Positions 12,901-26,287 of a stretch of 64,000 bases of DNA are shown piece by piece. Each line of letters starts with the position of its first letter. Positions within the stretch are counted from its first letter, which is position 1. The notes beneath the pieces are model-generated. The model did not search any database, had not been told where the DNA came from, and was given only the letters and a program-made list of their open reading frames with translations. The DNA lies in assembly GCA_030390025.1 (NCBI GenBank), contig CM059431.1:149670001-149734000 (forward strand), given 5' to 3'. Position numbers and translations under genes: made by a program. Source of the DNA: Squalus acanthias (lineage: Eukaryota).

Positions 12901-13627
12901 CATTAAATGGAGTGCCTGTGGAAAGACTTCCTCTTTAAAAGGTTTTCTGATGGTGAGACTCCCTCTTTAAAAGGGGTCCCTGTTAGAAGGACACCCGCTT
13001 TAAAAGGGGTCCTTGATAGAAATACTCCCTCTTCAAAATGGATCCCCGATGGGGAGACTCCCTCTTTAAAAGGGTCCCTGATGGTGAGACTCACTCTTTA
13101 AAAGGGGTCTCTGATGTTGAGACGCACTCTTAAAAAGGATCCGGGTTGGTGACATTCCTCATTAATAGGGGTCCCTTATGGTGAGACTTCATCTTTAGGA
13201 GGGGTCCCTGATGGGGAGATTCACTCTTTAAAAGGGGTCCCTGAAGGTGAGACTCTCTGTTAAAAAAATTTCCCTGATGGTGAGACACCTTCATTCGATG
13301 GGGTCCCTGATGGACAGACTATCTCTTTAAAAGCGGCCCCTGTTGCTGAAACTCCCTCTGCTAAAGGGCTCCATGATGGGTATACTACCTCTTTAAACGG
13401 CGTCCCTGATGGTGTGACATTCTCTTTAAAATGTCTCTCTGAAAGAAAGACTGCATCTTTAAAAGTGTCTCTGATGGTGAGACTCCGTCTTTAACAGTGG
13501 TCCATGGTAGAAAGACTCCCACTTTAAAAGGTATCCTTGATATGAAGCCACCCTCTTCAACATGGGTCCCCGAGAGTGAGACTCCCACTTTTAAAGGATC
13601 TCTGTTGGTGAGACTTTCTCCATAAAA
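9956..13627. repeat. 33-bp satellite A array
   Basis: Continuous degenerate units, including GATAGAAAGACT variant units. Confidence 0.95.
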
Positions 13628-14032
13628 CTGAGAAATCGCACAACACCAGGTTATAGTCCAACAGATTTATTTGAAATCACAAGCTTTCGGAGCGCTGCTC
13701 CTTCCTCAGGTGAAGTGAAGAGATGCATATAGGCACAGCATCTATAGTCAGAGAACACTGCCAGATGCTTAATCTTACTAACTGCCCTTTATCCCACGTC
13801 GGCAGAGAGATAATCACGGCAATCAAAGGTGTGGATGGTGTCCAAACAGGTCAGTCAGGAAAACATTACATCAAAGACAATGTGTCAGATGCTGGGGTCT
13901 GTATGGAAAACAAAAAACTATTTTTGCTGGAAATCACAGCGGGTCCGGCGGCAACTGTGTAGAGAGAACAAGCCAACGACAACTCGAGTCTGGATGACTC
14001 TACGTCAGGTGGGGTTACATGTAGCATGACAA
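13628..14032 (-). mobile_element. Second copy of the Penelope pLTR/3' end
   Basis: Close copy of ~7014-7450 (compare ORFs 7108-7413 and 13723-13962), with small indels. Confidence 0.9.
13677..13713 (-). ncRNA. Minimal type I hammerhead ribozyme, second copy
   Basis: TCAC-CTGAGGA-aGGAGCagcGCTCC-GAAA-GC-TT-GTGA. It differs from the first copy only at the variable N of CUGANGA. Confidence 0.8.
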
Positions 14033-14034
14033 GT

Positions 14035-17000
14035 AGCGGCGGCGGACCTGCGGGGAACCAGGCGGCGGCGGCGGCGGGACTGAAAGGATGCGGCTGAGAC
14101 CAGGAAGGCCTCAGAGCGGCGGCGGACCTGCGGGGAACCAGGCGGCGGCGGCGTGACTCAAAAGAGGCGGCAGAGACCAGGGAGCCCTCAGAGCGACGGC
14201 GGACTGCGGGGAAACAGGGGCGGTGGCGGTACTCTAAAGAGGCGGCAGAGGCCAGGTAGGCTTACCAATCTCCGAGCTCAGAGGGAGGGAGAGAACTAAA
14301 AAGTAATCGAAGTTTGACGTCACCAGAAAGCAGGTAATGTCATTCGTTGGTGAGTAGTTCTCTCTTTTTAAACTTAAACTCTGTGGTTTGTAGTTTTTAA
14401 ACTCTGTGTGGTTTAGTGGGGACTGTAGGTAAACCAGGGCCCTTAAGTATATCATTCAACTGTATTGTAATTGTTGGGATTGATTTGATTCAATTTAATT
14501 TGAATTAATTAAAGGGTAAGTCATGGCAAGAGAGCTCGGCCTCGTGGTATGCTCCTCTTACGCTTTGTGGGAACTCAGGGACACTTCCTGTGCCCCTGAC
14601 AATCATGTGTGCTGGACGTGTATCCAGCTACAGCTACTGGCAGACCGCATTGCGACGCTGGAGCTGCGATTGGATACATACTGCACCATTCGCAATGCTG
14701 AGGACTTCGTTGAAAGCACGTTTAAGCAGTTGGTCACACCACAGGCAAAGGATGCACAAGCAGAAAGGGAATGGGTGACCAACAGACAGAGTAGTAGGCG
14801 CAGGCAGGTACTGCAGGATTCAACTGTGGACATCCCCCTCTCAAACAGATATACCACTTTGAATACTGTTGGGGGGGATGGGTTATCAGAGGAAGGCAGC
14901 AGCAGCCAACTTCCTGGCACCAGGGGTGGCTCTGCTGCACAGCATGGGAGGAAAAAAGAGGGGTAGAGCTATAGGGATAGGGGAATAGATAGGCGTTTCT
15001 GCGGCCACAGACGAGACACCAGGATGGTGTTTTGCCTCCCTGGTGCAAGGGTCAAGGATGTCTCAGAGAGGCTGCAGAACACTTTGGAAGGGGAGGGTTA
15101 ACAGCCAGTTGTCGTGGTGCATATAGGTATCAACGATATAGGTAAAAAAGGGAGTGAGGTCCTAAATGCTTAATATTAGGAGTTAGGAGGTAAATTAAAA
15201 AATAGGACCTCAAAGGTAGTAATCTCCGGATTGCTACCAGTGCTACGAGCTAGTCAGAGTAGAAATAGAAGGATATTTCAGATGAATACGTGGCTAGAGG
15301 AAAGGTGCATGGGGGAAGGATTCAAATTCCTGCGACATTGGAAACGGTTTTGGGGGAGGTGAGACCAGTACAACCGGACGATTTGGATCTGGGCAGTGCC
15401 GGGACCGATGTCCTAGGGGGAGTGTTTGGTAGTGCTCTGGGGGAGGGTTTAAACTAAAATGGCAGGGGGTTGAAACCTGAGCAGGGAGAGAGAGGAAAGG
15501 GAAATAGTGATAAAAGCAAAATATAGGAAGGAGAAAAAAAAATAACAGTCAGATAAATCAACGGTTTAAATCAAACATGGCCACAGTAAATAATGGCCCA
15601 GAAATTAAACATGGATGGTTCCCGTGGGGATAAGGATTCCCCGCGATATCGCACTGCACGCCTACCTTTTTGCTCCGGGCCCACACGAACTTTAGTTTCA
15701 AAGGCTCTCTCTGCTGGAACCGTGCAGTGCTTGCCTGACCCAAAGGCGCAATTAGTTCGTGCGAGCTCTGGGATCACGTGATTCAGTTAGAGCCAATGGT
15801 AGCACACCATCTTTCATTCATAGTTTTGACGGCAAGAATACTATAAACCCCCAAAAGAACAGCTACACCTCAATTAAATTTAAAAAAAATGCCATCACAT
15901 GAATAAAATAAGTATAGTTAAATAAATTAACCACTTTAAACAAAAAATTAAATTTTTGAAGAAGTTTAAAATTATTTTAAAAGTTCTAAAAATAAACTTA
16001 CTTTTCTTTAAAGTCTCTAAAAAAGATAAACCTGTTGAAAACAATTTAAAATAACTGTTAATTAACTACTTATCTTGTTAAAATGGGGTCCTACGCCTGC
16101 TTTCTTTGTGTGTAAAATCTTCACCACTTACCTGCGCGTTCAAAGCTGAAAAAAAAACTAAGTGCACTGCGTGCGCACAGCCTGTAGTGCGCACGCGGTT
16201 CACTTAGGAACCGCCCCCTTTTCAATTCACGAAGTGCCAGTTTCCCACGCATGCGCAGTGCATGCAGGAAACCAGCAATTCGGATCTAATACGCGAGAGT
16301 ACACAGTGCGTACTCTCGCGTAGTAGGTTTAATTTTCGGGCCAATAACTCTAATAGGTCCAAGGGCGTTAAAAAAACACGCCTGAAGGCTTTGTGTCTTA
16401 ATGGGAGGAGCATTCGCAATAAGGTGGACATATTAGATGCACAAATAAAGGTAAACAAATAGGATTTGATTGGGATTACGGAAACATGGCTCCAGGGTGG
16501 CCAAGGCTGGTTACTCAACATCCAGGGGTATTCAATTTTCAGGAAAGATAGGCAAAACGGAATGGAGGTGGCGTAGCATTGCTGGTTAAAGTGGGGATTA
16601 ACACAATTGTAAGGAAAGATATTAGCTCTGATGATGTGGAATCTGTATGGGTAGAACTGAGAAATACCAAGTGGCAGAAAACGTTAGTGGGAGTGGTATA
16701 TATACCTCCAAACAGTAATGTGGAGTTTGGGGATGGCATTAAAATGGAAAGTAGACAGGCATGCAATAAGGGAACAGCAGTCATCATGGGTGACTTTAAT
16801 CTACATATTGATCGGACTAACCAAATTAGTAACAATACCGTGGAGGAGGAATTCCTGTAGTGTTTACGGGATGGTTTCCTGGACCAATATGTCGAGGAAC
16901 CAACCAGAGACAGGCCATCTTAGACTGGGTATTATGTAATGAGAAAGGATTAATTAGCAATCTTGTTGTGCGCAGCCCCTTGGATTGGAGCGATCATAAT

Positions 17001-18472
17001 ATGACATAATTCTTCATTAAGATGGAGAGTGAAGTAGATGACTCAGAGACTAGAGTCCTGAATGTAAATAAAGGAAAAAACGATGTTATGAGGCGCGAGT
17101 TGGTAGGATTGATTGGGGAATTTCACTCAAAGGTTGACGGTGGATAGGCATTGGCAAACATTCAAAGACCTCATGAATGAAGTACAGAAATTTTTCATCC
17201 CAGTATGGCATAAGAATAAAACAAAAAAGTTGACCCAACCATGGCTAACAAGGGAAATTAGTGATAGCATAAGATCGAAGGAGAGGACATATAAATTGGC
17301 CATAAAAAGCAGTAAACCTGAGGATTGGGAGCAGTTTAGGATTCAACAAAGGAGGACAAAGGGATTAATTAAGAAGGGGAAAATAAAATATGAGAGGAAA
17401 CCTGCAGGGTACAAAAAAAGTGACTGTAAAAGCTTTTATAGATATTTGAAAAGAAAAAGATTGGTGAAGACAAGCGTTGATCCCTTGCAGTCAGAATCAG
17501 GGGAACTTATAATGGCGAACAAAGAAATGGCGGACCAATTAAATACATATTTTTGTTCTGTCTTCACAAACGAGGACACAAATAACCTCCCAGAGATGTC
17601 GGGGAACATAGGGTCTGATGAAAAGGAGGAACTGAAAGAAATCAGTATTTGTAGGGAAATGGCATTAGGGAAATTGGCGGGATTGAAGGCCGATAAATCC
17701 CCAGGGCCTGATAATCTACATCCTAGGGAACTTAAGGAAGTGGCCCTAGAAATAATAGATGCATTGCTGATCATCTTCCAACATTCGATGGAATCTGTAA
17801 CAGTACCCATGGATTGGAGGGTAGCTAATGTTTCCCCACTATTCAAAAAAGGTGATAGAGAGAAAACGGGGAATTACAGCCCGGTAATCCTGACATCGGT
17901 TGTGGGGAAAATGCTAGAGTCCATTATAAAAGATGTAACAGCAGAGGAAGGATGTTCTTGCCATGGAGGGAGTGCAGCGAAGATTTACCAGACTGATACC
18001 TGGGATGGCAGGAATGACGTATGAAGAAAGATTGGGTCGATCAGGCTTATATTCGCTAGAGTTTCGAAGAATGAGAGGGGATCTCATTGAAACTTATAAA
18101 ATTCTAACAGGAATTCACCGACTAGATGCAGGATGGATGTTCCCGATGGCGGGGGAGTCCAGAATCAGAGGTCACAGTCTAATGATAAGGGGTAAGCCAT
18201 TTAGGACTGAGATCGGGAGGAATTTCTTCACCCAGAGAGTGGTGAACCTGTGGAATTCTCTACCACAGAAGGCAGTTGAGGCCAATTAATTAAATATATT
18301 CAAGAAGGAGATAGTTTTATTTCTTAAGGCTAAAGGGATGAAGGGATATGTAGAGAAGGCAGGGACAGGGTACTGAATTTGTATGATCAGCCATGATCTC
18401 ATTAAATGGTGGAGCAGGCTCGAGGGGCCGAATGGCCTACTCCTCCCCTTATCTGCTATGCTTCTATGTTTT
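14035..18472 (+). mobile_element. CR1 LINE: CpG-rich repeated 5' UTR, ORF1 (Zn finger/coiled coil + SGNH esterase), ORF2 with endonuclease and internally deleted RT, 3' UTR
   Basis: ORF1 start MARELGLVVCSS...CWTCIQLQLL (14523). APE endonuclease motifs VVYIPP and IMGDFN (16579-16860). KSPGPDNLHPR and NYSPV (17113-18024) join at ~17945 directly to the C-terminal VQRRFTRLIPG...RRMRGDLIETYKIL. CR1 3' tail ends ttctatg. Confidence 0.93.
15595..16342. mobile_element. Non-autonomous DNA transposon (MITE, Harbinger-like) inserted in the CR1
   Basis: Terminal inverted repeats GGCCCAGAAATTAAAC ... GTTTAATTTTCGGGCC, with AAT on both sides (15592-15594, 16343-16345). AT-rich interior and no transposase. 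Confidence 0.8.
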
Positions 18473-21400
18473 CAAAGGGGTCCCTGATGATCAGACTCCC
18501 TCTTTAAATGGGGTCCCTGATGATGAGACTCCCACTAAAAATTGGTTCCCTGATGGTGAGACTCTCTCTTTAAAAGGTGCCCCTGTTGGTGCGGCTCCTT
18601 CTTTAAATGGGGCCCCTGATGGTGAGACTCTCTCTTTAAAACTGCTCAGACGTGTATACTCCCTCTTTAAAAGTGGCCCCGATGGTAGGACTCCATCTTT
18701 AATAGGGGTCCCTCATGGCGAGACTCTACTTTAAAAGGGGTCGCTAATAGAAAGATATGCTCTTAAAAGGGGTCCCTGATAAAAATATACTCCCTTTAAA
18801 AGGGGTCCCTGATGGTGAGACTCCCTCTTTAAAAGAGGTTCCTTGTGGTGTGATACCCTCTTTAAAAGGTGTCCCTAATGGTGAGACTTTCTCTTTAAAA
18901 GCGTTCCCTGAAGCTGAATCTACCTGTTTAAACGTGTTCCCTGATAGAAAGATTCCCTCTTTACAAGGGTTTCTGAAGGCGAGACTCACTCTTTACGTAG
19001 GGGTCTCTGATGGTGAGACTCCCAATTCAAAATGTCTCCTTGATAAAAAGACTTTCTCTTCAAAATGTGTCCCTGATGTTGAGACTCCCTCTTTAATAGG
19101 AGTCCCTGATGTTGAAACACCTGCTTTAAAAGGGTCCCTGATGGTGAGCCTGTTATAAAGAGGTCCCTTATGGGGAGACTCTCTTTTTAAAAGGGGGCCA
19201 TGATACAAAGACACGCTCTTTAAAAAAGTCCCTGATGCTGAAACACCCTTTCTAAAAAAGGTCCCTGATGTTGAGCCTCTTTAATAGGGGTCCCTAATGA
19301 GGAGGCTCTCTCTTTAAAAGTGGTCCCTGATAGAAATATTCCCTCTTTAAAAGTGTTTTTGAAGGTGAGACTCTCTCTTTAAAAGTGGTCTCTGATGGTA
19401 AGTCTCGGACTTTAAAAGGGATCCTTGATAGAAAGACTTTCTCTTTAAAAGGTGTACCTGATGGTGAGACTTACTCTTTAATAGCGTTCCCTGATGCTGA
19501 AACACGCTCTTTAAAAGGCTCCCTGCTGGTGAGTCTGTTAAAAGGGATCCCAGATGGTGAGATTCCCCCTTTTATTGGGGTCCCTGACGCTGAACCACCC
19601 TCTTTAAAAGGCTCCCAGAAGGTGAGAATGTTAAAAGGTGTCCCTAATGGGGAGACTCTCTTTTTAAAAGGTGTTCCTGATAGAAAGATTCCCTCTTCAA
19701 AAAGAGTCCCTGATGCTGAAACACCCTTTTAAAAACGTCCCTGATGGTGAGCCTCTTTAATGGGGGAAGCTAATGGGAATGTTCTCTCTTTAAAATGGGT
19801 CGCTTATAGAAAAACTTCCACTTTAAAAGTGTCACCGTGGTTAGACTCCCTCTTTATAAGGGGTCCCTGATGGTGAGACTCCCTCTTTAAAAGGGTCTCT
19901 GGAGGTGAGATTCTCTCCTTAAAATGGATCCCTAAAGGTGAGTCTCCCTCTTTAGTCGGAGACCCTGATGCTGAAACACCCTTTTATTGTGGTCCCTGAT
20001 TGTGAGCATCTGTTAAATTCGTCCCGAATGGGGAGACGCTCTCTTTAAAAGTGGTACCTGATAGAAAGATGCTCTTTTTAAAAGTGGTCACTGATGGCCA
20101 GATTCCATCTTTAAAAGGGTTCCCTGATGTTGAGACGACCTCTTTAAATGGGGCCCTGATGCAGTTACTCCATCTTTAAAAGGTGTCCCTGATGGTGGGA
20201 CTCCATCTTTAAAAGGGGTCCCTGATGGTGATGCTCCCTCTTTAAAAGGGGTCCATGATTGTGAGAGTCTCTCTTTAAAATGTGTCCCTGATGGTGAGTT
20301 TCCCTCTTTAAAAAGGGGTCCCTGACCGGGATACTCCCTCTTTAAAAGGGGCCCCTGATGGTGAGTTTCTCTCTTTAAAAGGGGTCCCTAATAGGAAGAT
20401 TCTCTTTAAAAGAGGTCCCTGATAGAAAGACACATTCTTTTAAAGGGTCTCTGATGGCGGGACTCTCTCTTTAAAAGGGTCCCTTAAGGTGAGACTCGCT
20501 TTAAAAGGAATCCCTGATGCAGAAACTCCCTCTTTAAAGGGGATCCCTGATGGTGAGACGGCGTTTTTAAAAGATGTCCTTAATAGGAAGATTCCCTTTA
20601 AAAAGTGTCCCTGATAGAAAGACACCTTATTTAAAAGGGATCCTTGATATAAATACTCTCTTTAAAATGGGTCCCTGATGGTGAGACTCCCTCTTTAATA
20701 GGGTTTCCTGATGGTGAGCCCCTTTAAATGGTTTGCCTAATGGGCGGACTCTCTCTTTAAAAGGGGTCCCTGATAGAAAGATTAATTCTTTAAAATAGCC
20801 CCTGATGCTGAAATACCCTTTTAAATGGGGTCCATGCTGGTGAGCCTCTTTAAAATGTGTCCATAATGGTTAGACTCTCTCTTTAAAACGGGTCCCTGAT
20901 AGAAAGAGTTTCTCTTTAAAACGTGTCTCCGAGGGTGAGACTCCCGCTTTAACAGGGGTCCCCAAGAGAAAGACTCTATTTTAAAAGGCGTCCCTGATGA
21001 TGAGACTCCCTCTTTAAAAGGGGTCCCTGATGGTGAGACACCCTCTATAAAAGGACCCCTGATCATGAGCCTCACTCTTTAAACGCGGTCCCTGATGGTG
21101 ACTCCCTCTTTAAAAGGCGTCCCTGATGGCGAGAGTCCTTCTTTAAAAGGGTCCCCTTATGATGAGACTCCCTCTTTAAAAGGGAACCCTGACAGTGAGA
21201 CTCTCTTTAAAAGGTGTCCCTGATGGGAAGACTCCCTCTTTAAAAGGGGCGCCTGATGGAAAGGCTCCCTGTTTAAACGTGGCCCCTGATGATGTGTCTC
21301 TGTCTTTAAAAGAGGTCCCTGATGTTGAGACTCTCTCTTTAAAAGGGGTACCTGATAGAAAGATTCTCTCTTTAATTGTGGTCACTGATGGCCAGATTTC

Positions 21401-22630
21401 ATCATTAAAAGGGTTCCCTGATCGAGAGACTGCCTCTTTAAATTCAGTCCCTGATGCAGTTACTCCCTCTTTAAAAGGGTCCCTGATGGTGGGACTCCAT
21501 CTTTAAAAGGGGTCCGTGACCGGGATACTTCCTCTTTAAAAGGGGCCCCTGATGGGGAGACTCCCTCTTTAAAAGGGGTCCCTGATGGAAAGGCTCCCTC
21601 TTTAAAAGGGGCCCTGATGATGTGTCTCCCTCTTTAAAAGAGGTCTCTGATGGCGAGACTCTCTCTTTAAAAGCGTCCCTTATGGTGAGACTCGCTTTAA
21701 AAGGAATCCCTGATGGAGAGACTCCCTCTTTAAAGGGGATCACTGATGGTGAGACTGCCTTTTTTGAAAGGTGTCCTTAATAGGAAGATTCCCTTTAAAA
21801 AGTGTCCCTGATAGAAAGACACCTTATTTAAAAGGGATCCTTGATAGAAAGACTCTCTCTTTAAAATGGGTCCCTGATGGTGAGACTCCCTCTTTAATAT
21901 TGTTTCCTGAAGGTGAGCCCCTTTAAATGGTGTGCCTAATGGGGGGACTCTCTCTTTAAAAGGGGTCCCTGATAGAAAGATTCCTTCTTTAAAAATAGCG
22001 CCTGAGGCTGAAATACCCTTTTTAAATGGGGTCCATGCTGGCGAACATCTTTGAAATGTGTCCATAATGGGGAGACTCTCTCTTTAAAACGGGTCCCTGA
22101 TAGAAAGAGTTTCTCTTTAAAACGTGTCTCCGAGGGTGAGACTCCCGCTTTAACAGGGGTCCCCGAGAGAAAGACTCTATTTTAAAAGGAGTCCCTGATG
22201 ATGAGACTCCCTCTTTAAAAGGGGTCCCTGATTGTGAGACTCCCTCTATAAAAGGATCCCTGATCATGAGCCTCACTCTTTAAACGTGGTCCCTGATGCT
22301 GACTCCCTCTTTAAAAGGCATCCTTGATGGCGAGAGTCCTTCTTTAAAAGGGACCCCTTATGCAGAGACTCCCTTATTAAAAGGGAACCCTGACAGTGAG
22401 ACTCTCGTTAAAAGGTGTCCCTGATGGGGAGACTCCATCTTTAAAAGGGGTCCCTGATGGAAAGGCTCCCTCTTTAAAAGGGGCCCCTGATGATGTTTCT
22501 CTGTCTTTAAAATTGGTCCGGGATGGTGAGAATCTCTCTTTAAAATCGTTCCCTGATGCTGACACTCCCTCTTTAAGAGGGGTCCCTGATGATGTGGATC
22601 CCTCTTTAAAATGGGTCCCTGATGGTTAGA
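18473..22630. repeat. 33-bp satellite A array with an internal ~1.2-kb duplication
   Basis: Near-identical ORFs 20821-21075 and 22022-22276, offset 1201. Confidence 0.95.
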
Positions 22631-22631
22631 C

Positions 22632-25600
22632 TCGCTCAGTACTGCCCCTCCGACAGTGCAGCACTCTCTCAGCACTGCCCCACCGATAGTTCAGAACTTC
22701 CTCAGTATTGCCCCTCTGACAGTGCAGCGCTAACTCAATATTGCACCTCCGACAGTCCAGCGCTCCATCAGTTCTGACACTCCGACAGGGCAGCGCTCCC
22801 TCAGTACTGCCACTCCACCAGTGAAGCGCTCCGTAAAAACTGCCCCTACGACAGTGCGGCACTCCCTCAGTACTGCAGATAAGACAGTGCTGCGCTCCTC
22901 AGTACTGCCCCTCCGACACTGCAGCGCTCCTCAGTACTGCAGATCTGACAGTGCAGCGCTCCCTCAGTACCACCCCTCTGACAGTGCAGCGCTCCCTCAG
23001 TACTGACACACCGAAAGAGCAGGGCTCACTCAATAATGATCCTCTCATAGTGGAATACAACACTGGAAAGTGTGAGGTGATGCACTTTGGCAGGAAAAAT
23101 CCTAGAGCAATTTATTATCTTAATGGCAAGAAACTGGAGAGTACTGAAGTACAAAGGGATCTGGGGGTCCTGGTGCACGAAACTCAAAAGGTTAGTATGC
23201 AGGTGCAGTAAGTGATTCAGAAGGCAAATGGAATGTTGGCTTTCATTGCTAGGGGGATAGAATATAAAAATAGGGAGGTATTGCTTCAGTTGTACAAGGT
23301 ATTGGTGAGACCGCACCTGGAATATTGCATACAGTTTTGATGTCGTTACTTAAGGAAATACATCCTTGCTCTCGAGGCAGTGCAAAAAAGGTTCACTCGG
23401 TTAATCCCGGGGATGAGGGGGTGGTCATATGAGGAGAGGTTGGGTAGATTGGGACTCTACTCATTGGAGTTCAGAAGAATGAGAGGCGATCTTATTGAAA
23501 CATATAAGATTGTGAAGGGGTTGGATCGGTTGGATGCGGGGAGGATGTTCCCGATGACGGGTGAGACTAGAACTAGGGGACATAGTCTTAGAATAAGGGG
23601 CTGCTCTTTCAAAACTGAGATGAGGAGGAACTACTTCACTCAGAGGGTGGTAAGTCCATGGAATATGCTGCCACAAAAAGCTGTAGAAGCTACATCATTA
23701 AATAAATTTAAAACAGAAATAGACAGTTTCCCAGAAGTAAAGGGCATTAAGGGTTACGGGGAGCGTGCAGGAATTTGGACATGAGTCTAGGTTCGGATCG
23801 GTCATGGCCCTGTGGGTAGTGGAGCGGGCCCAGGGACCCTGTAGCCTGATTCTGCCCCTATTTCGTGTGTGCAATTCTGTTAGATGCAGGAGATGGTTCT
23901 ATGATAGATAGTAGATTGGCGGTTAGGATCAGATCAGCCATGATCTTATTGAATGGCGGAGCAGGCTCGAGGGGCCGATTGGCCTACTCCTGCTCCTATT
24001 TCTTATGTTCTTATGTTCTTATGTAGCGTTCCCTCAGTAAAACCACTCCGACGCTTCAGCAGTCACTCAGTACTGCACAAATGACATTGCAGCACTCCTT
24101 CATTGCTGCACTTCCGACAGTTTCGCGCTCCCTCAGTACTGCCATAAAACAGTGCAATGTTACCTCCATGGTGAACCTCCAATAGTGTAGCGCTCCCTCA
24201 GTACTGCCCCTCTGACACAGCAACTCTCCCTCAGTGCTGCCCCTCCGATATTGCAGCGCTACCTCTCTACTGCAAATCCTACAGCAAAGTGCACCCTCAA
24301 TACTAGCACACCGACATTGCACCACACCCTCAGTACTGCCGCTCCTTCAGTGCAGCACTCTCTCAATTCTGCCCCTCCAACATTGCAGTACTCCCTCATT
24401 ACTGGACCTCGGATAGTGCAGCACTCCCTCAGTACTGACACTTCGACAATGCAGCGCAGCCTCAATATTGCACCTCCGACAGTGCAGCGCTCCATCAGTA
24501 CTCACACTTCGACAGTGCAGCGCTCCCGAAATACTGCCCCGTCCGAGAGTGTGGCACTCCCTCAGTACCGCACATTCGATAGTGCATTTCAATCTCAGTA
24601 CTGGCACTCCGGCAGCGCAGCTCTTCCTCAACACTGTTCCTCCGACGCAGCAGCACTCCCTCAGTACTGCCCCTCGACTGAGCAGCACTCCCTGAGTACT
24701 GCCACTTCGACAGTGCAGCGTTCCTCAGTACTGCCACTCCGTCAGTGCAGCGCTCCTCAGTACTAACCCTCCGACAGTGCAGCACTCCCTCAGTATTGCC
24801 AATACGACAGTGCAGGCCCCCTCAATACTGATCCTCCGCTAGTCTACCGCTCCCTCAGTACAATCCCTCTGACACAGCAGCCACTCCATCAGTATTGCCG
24901 CTCCGATAGTGCAGCGCTCACTCAGTATTGGCACAGCGACACTACAGCGCTCCCTCAGTACTGCCCCTCCGACAATGCAGCGCTCCCCTAATGCTGCCCC
25001 TCAAACAGTGCAGCGCTCCCTCAGTACTAACCCTCTGACAGTGCAGCGCTCCCTCAGTACTGCCCCTCCAACAGTGCAGCGCTCCCTCAGTACTGCCCCT
25101 CCGACAATGCAGCGCTCCTCAGTACTAACCCTCCGACAGTGCAGCGCTCCCTCAGTATTGCCAATACGACAGTGCAGGCCCCCTCAATACTGATCCTAAG
25201 CGAGTGTACCGCTCCCTCAGTACAATCCCTCTGACACAGCAGCCACTCCATCAGTATTGCCGCTCCGACAGTGCAGCGCTCCCTCAGTATTGGCACAGGG
25301 ACACTACAGCGCTCCCTCAGTACTGCCCCTCCGACAGTGCAGCGCTCCTATAATACTGCCGCTCAAACAGTTCAGCGCTCCCTCAGTACTAACCCTCTGA
25401 CAGTGCAGCGCTCCCTCAGTAATGCCCCTCCAACAGTGCAGTGCTCCCTCTATACTGACTCTCCGACAGTGCAGCGCTCCCTCCGTACTGCCCCTCAAAC
25501 AGTGCAGAGCTCCCTCAGTACTGCCCCTCCGACAGTGCAGCGCTCTCTGAGTACTGACCCTCCGACAGTGCAGCTTTTTCTCAGTACTGCCCTTCCGACA

Positions 25601-25915
25601 GTGCAGTGCTGCCTCAATGCTGGCACTCTGTCAGTGCAGCACTCGCTCAATAGTGACCATCCGACAGTGCAGTGGTCCCTCAATATAGCGCCTCCGACAC
25701 TGCAGCACTCCCTCAGTACTTCACAAATGACACTCCAGCACTCCCTCAGTACTGCACACTCCGACAGTGGCATTCTATCATTGCTGCTTCTCTGACAGTG
25801 TAGCAGTCCCTCATTACTGCTCCTCCATCAGTGCAGTGCTCGCTCAGTACTGACCGTCCTCGACAGCGCGGCACTCCCTCAGTGCTGCCCCTCTGAATCT
25901 GCTGCACTCCCTATG
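22632..25915. repeat. 33-bp repeat B array, interrupted by a CR1 fragment
   Basis: 11-aa periodicity TVQRSLSTAPP; internal ~360-bp duplication (24909 vs 25271). Confidence 0.93.
23050..24024 (+). mobile_element. 5'-truncated CR1 LINE 3' end with (TTCTTATG)n tail
   Basis: YNTGKCEVMHFG and QKRFTRLIPG...RRMRGDLIETYKI. 3' UTR ends ttcttatgttcttatgttcttatg. Confidence 0.93.
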
Positions 25916-25974
25916 CACTCAGACTTTCAGACATGAAATTGGTCTTGGAGTTTATGTAGCCCTGAGTCACAAGA

Positions 25975-26275
25975 TTGATACGATTCTGAAAGTGTTAAAT
26001 TATGAGGAGAGGTTGCGAGGATTAGGTTTGTATTCCCTTGAGTTTAGAAGACCGAGAAGTAATCTGCTCGAGGTGTGTCATATCAGTAAAGTAATTTTTA
26101 GGGTAAATAAAAAGAAACGATTTCCTCATATAGTGAGTCCAGAATAAGGGAGCAGAACCTTATAATTCGAGCTGGAAAGTTCAGGGGGGTATTCAGGGAA
26201 GCGCTTCTTCACACAAAGTGTAGTGGAAATTTGGAACGCTCTCTCCCAAAAGTCTGTGGATGCTGGGGGTCAATG
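25975..26275 (+). mobile_element. Old CR1 ORF2 C-terminal fragment
   Basis: Degenerate YEERL..LGLYSLEFRR and FFTQ.VV..WN.L motifs. Confidence 0.7.
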
Positions 26276-26287
26276 AGCTTCTCCCAT

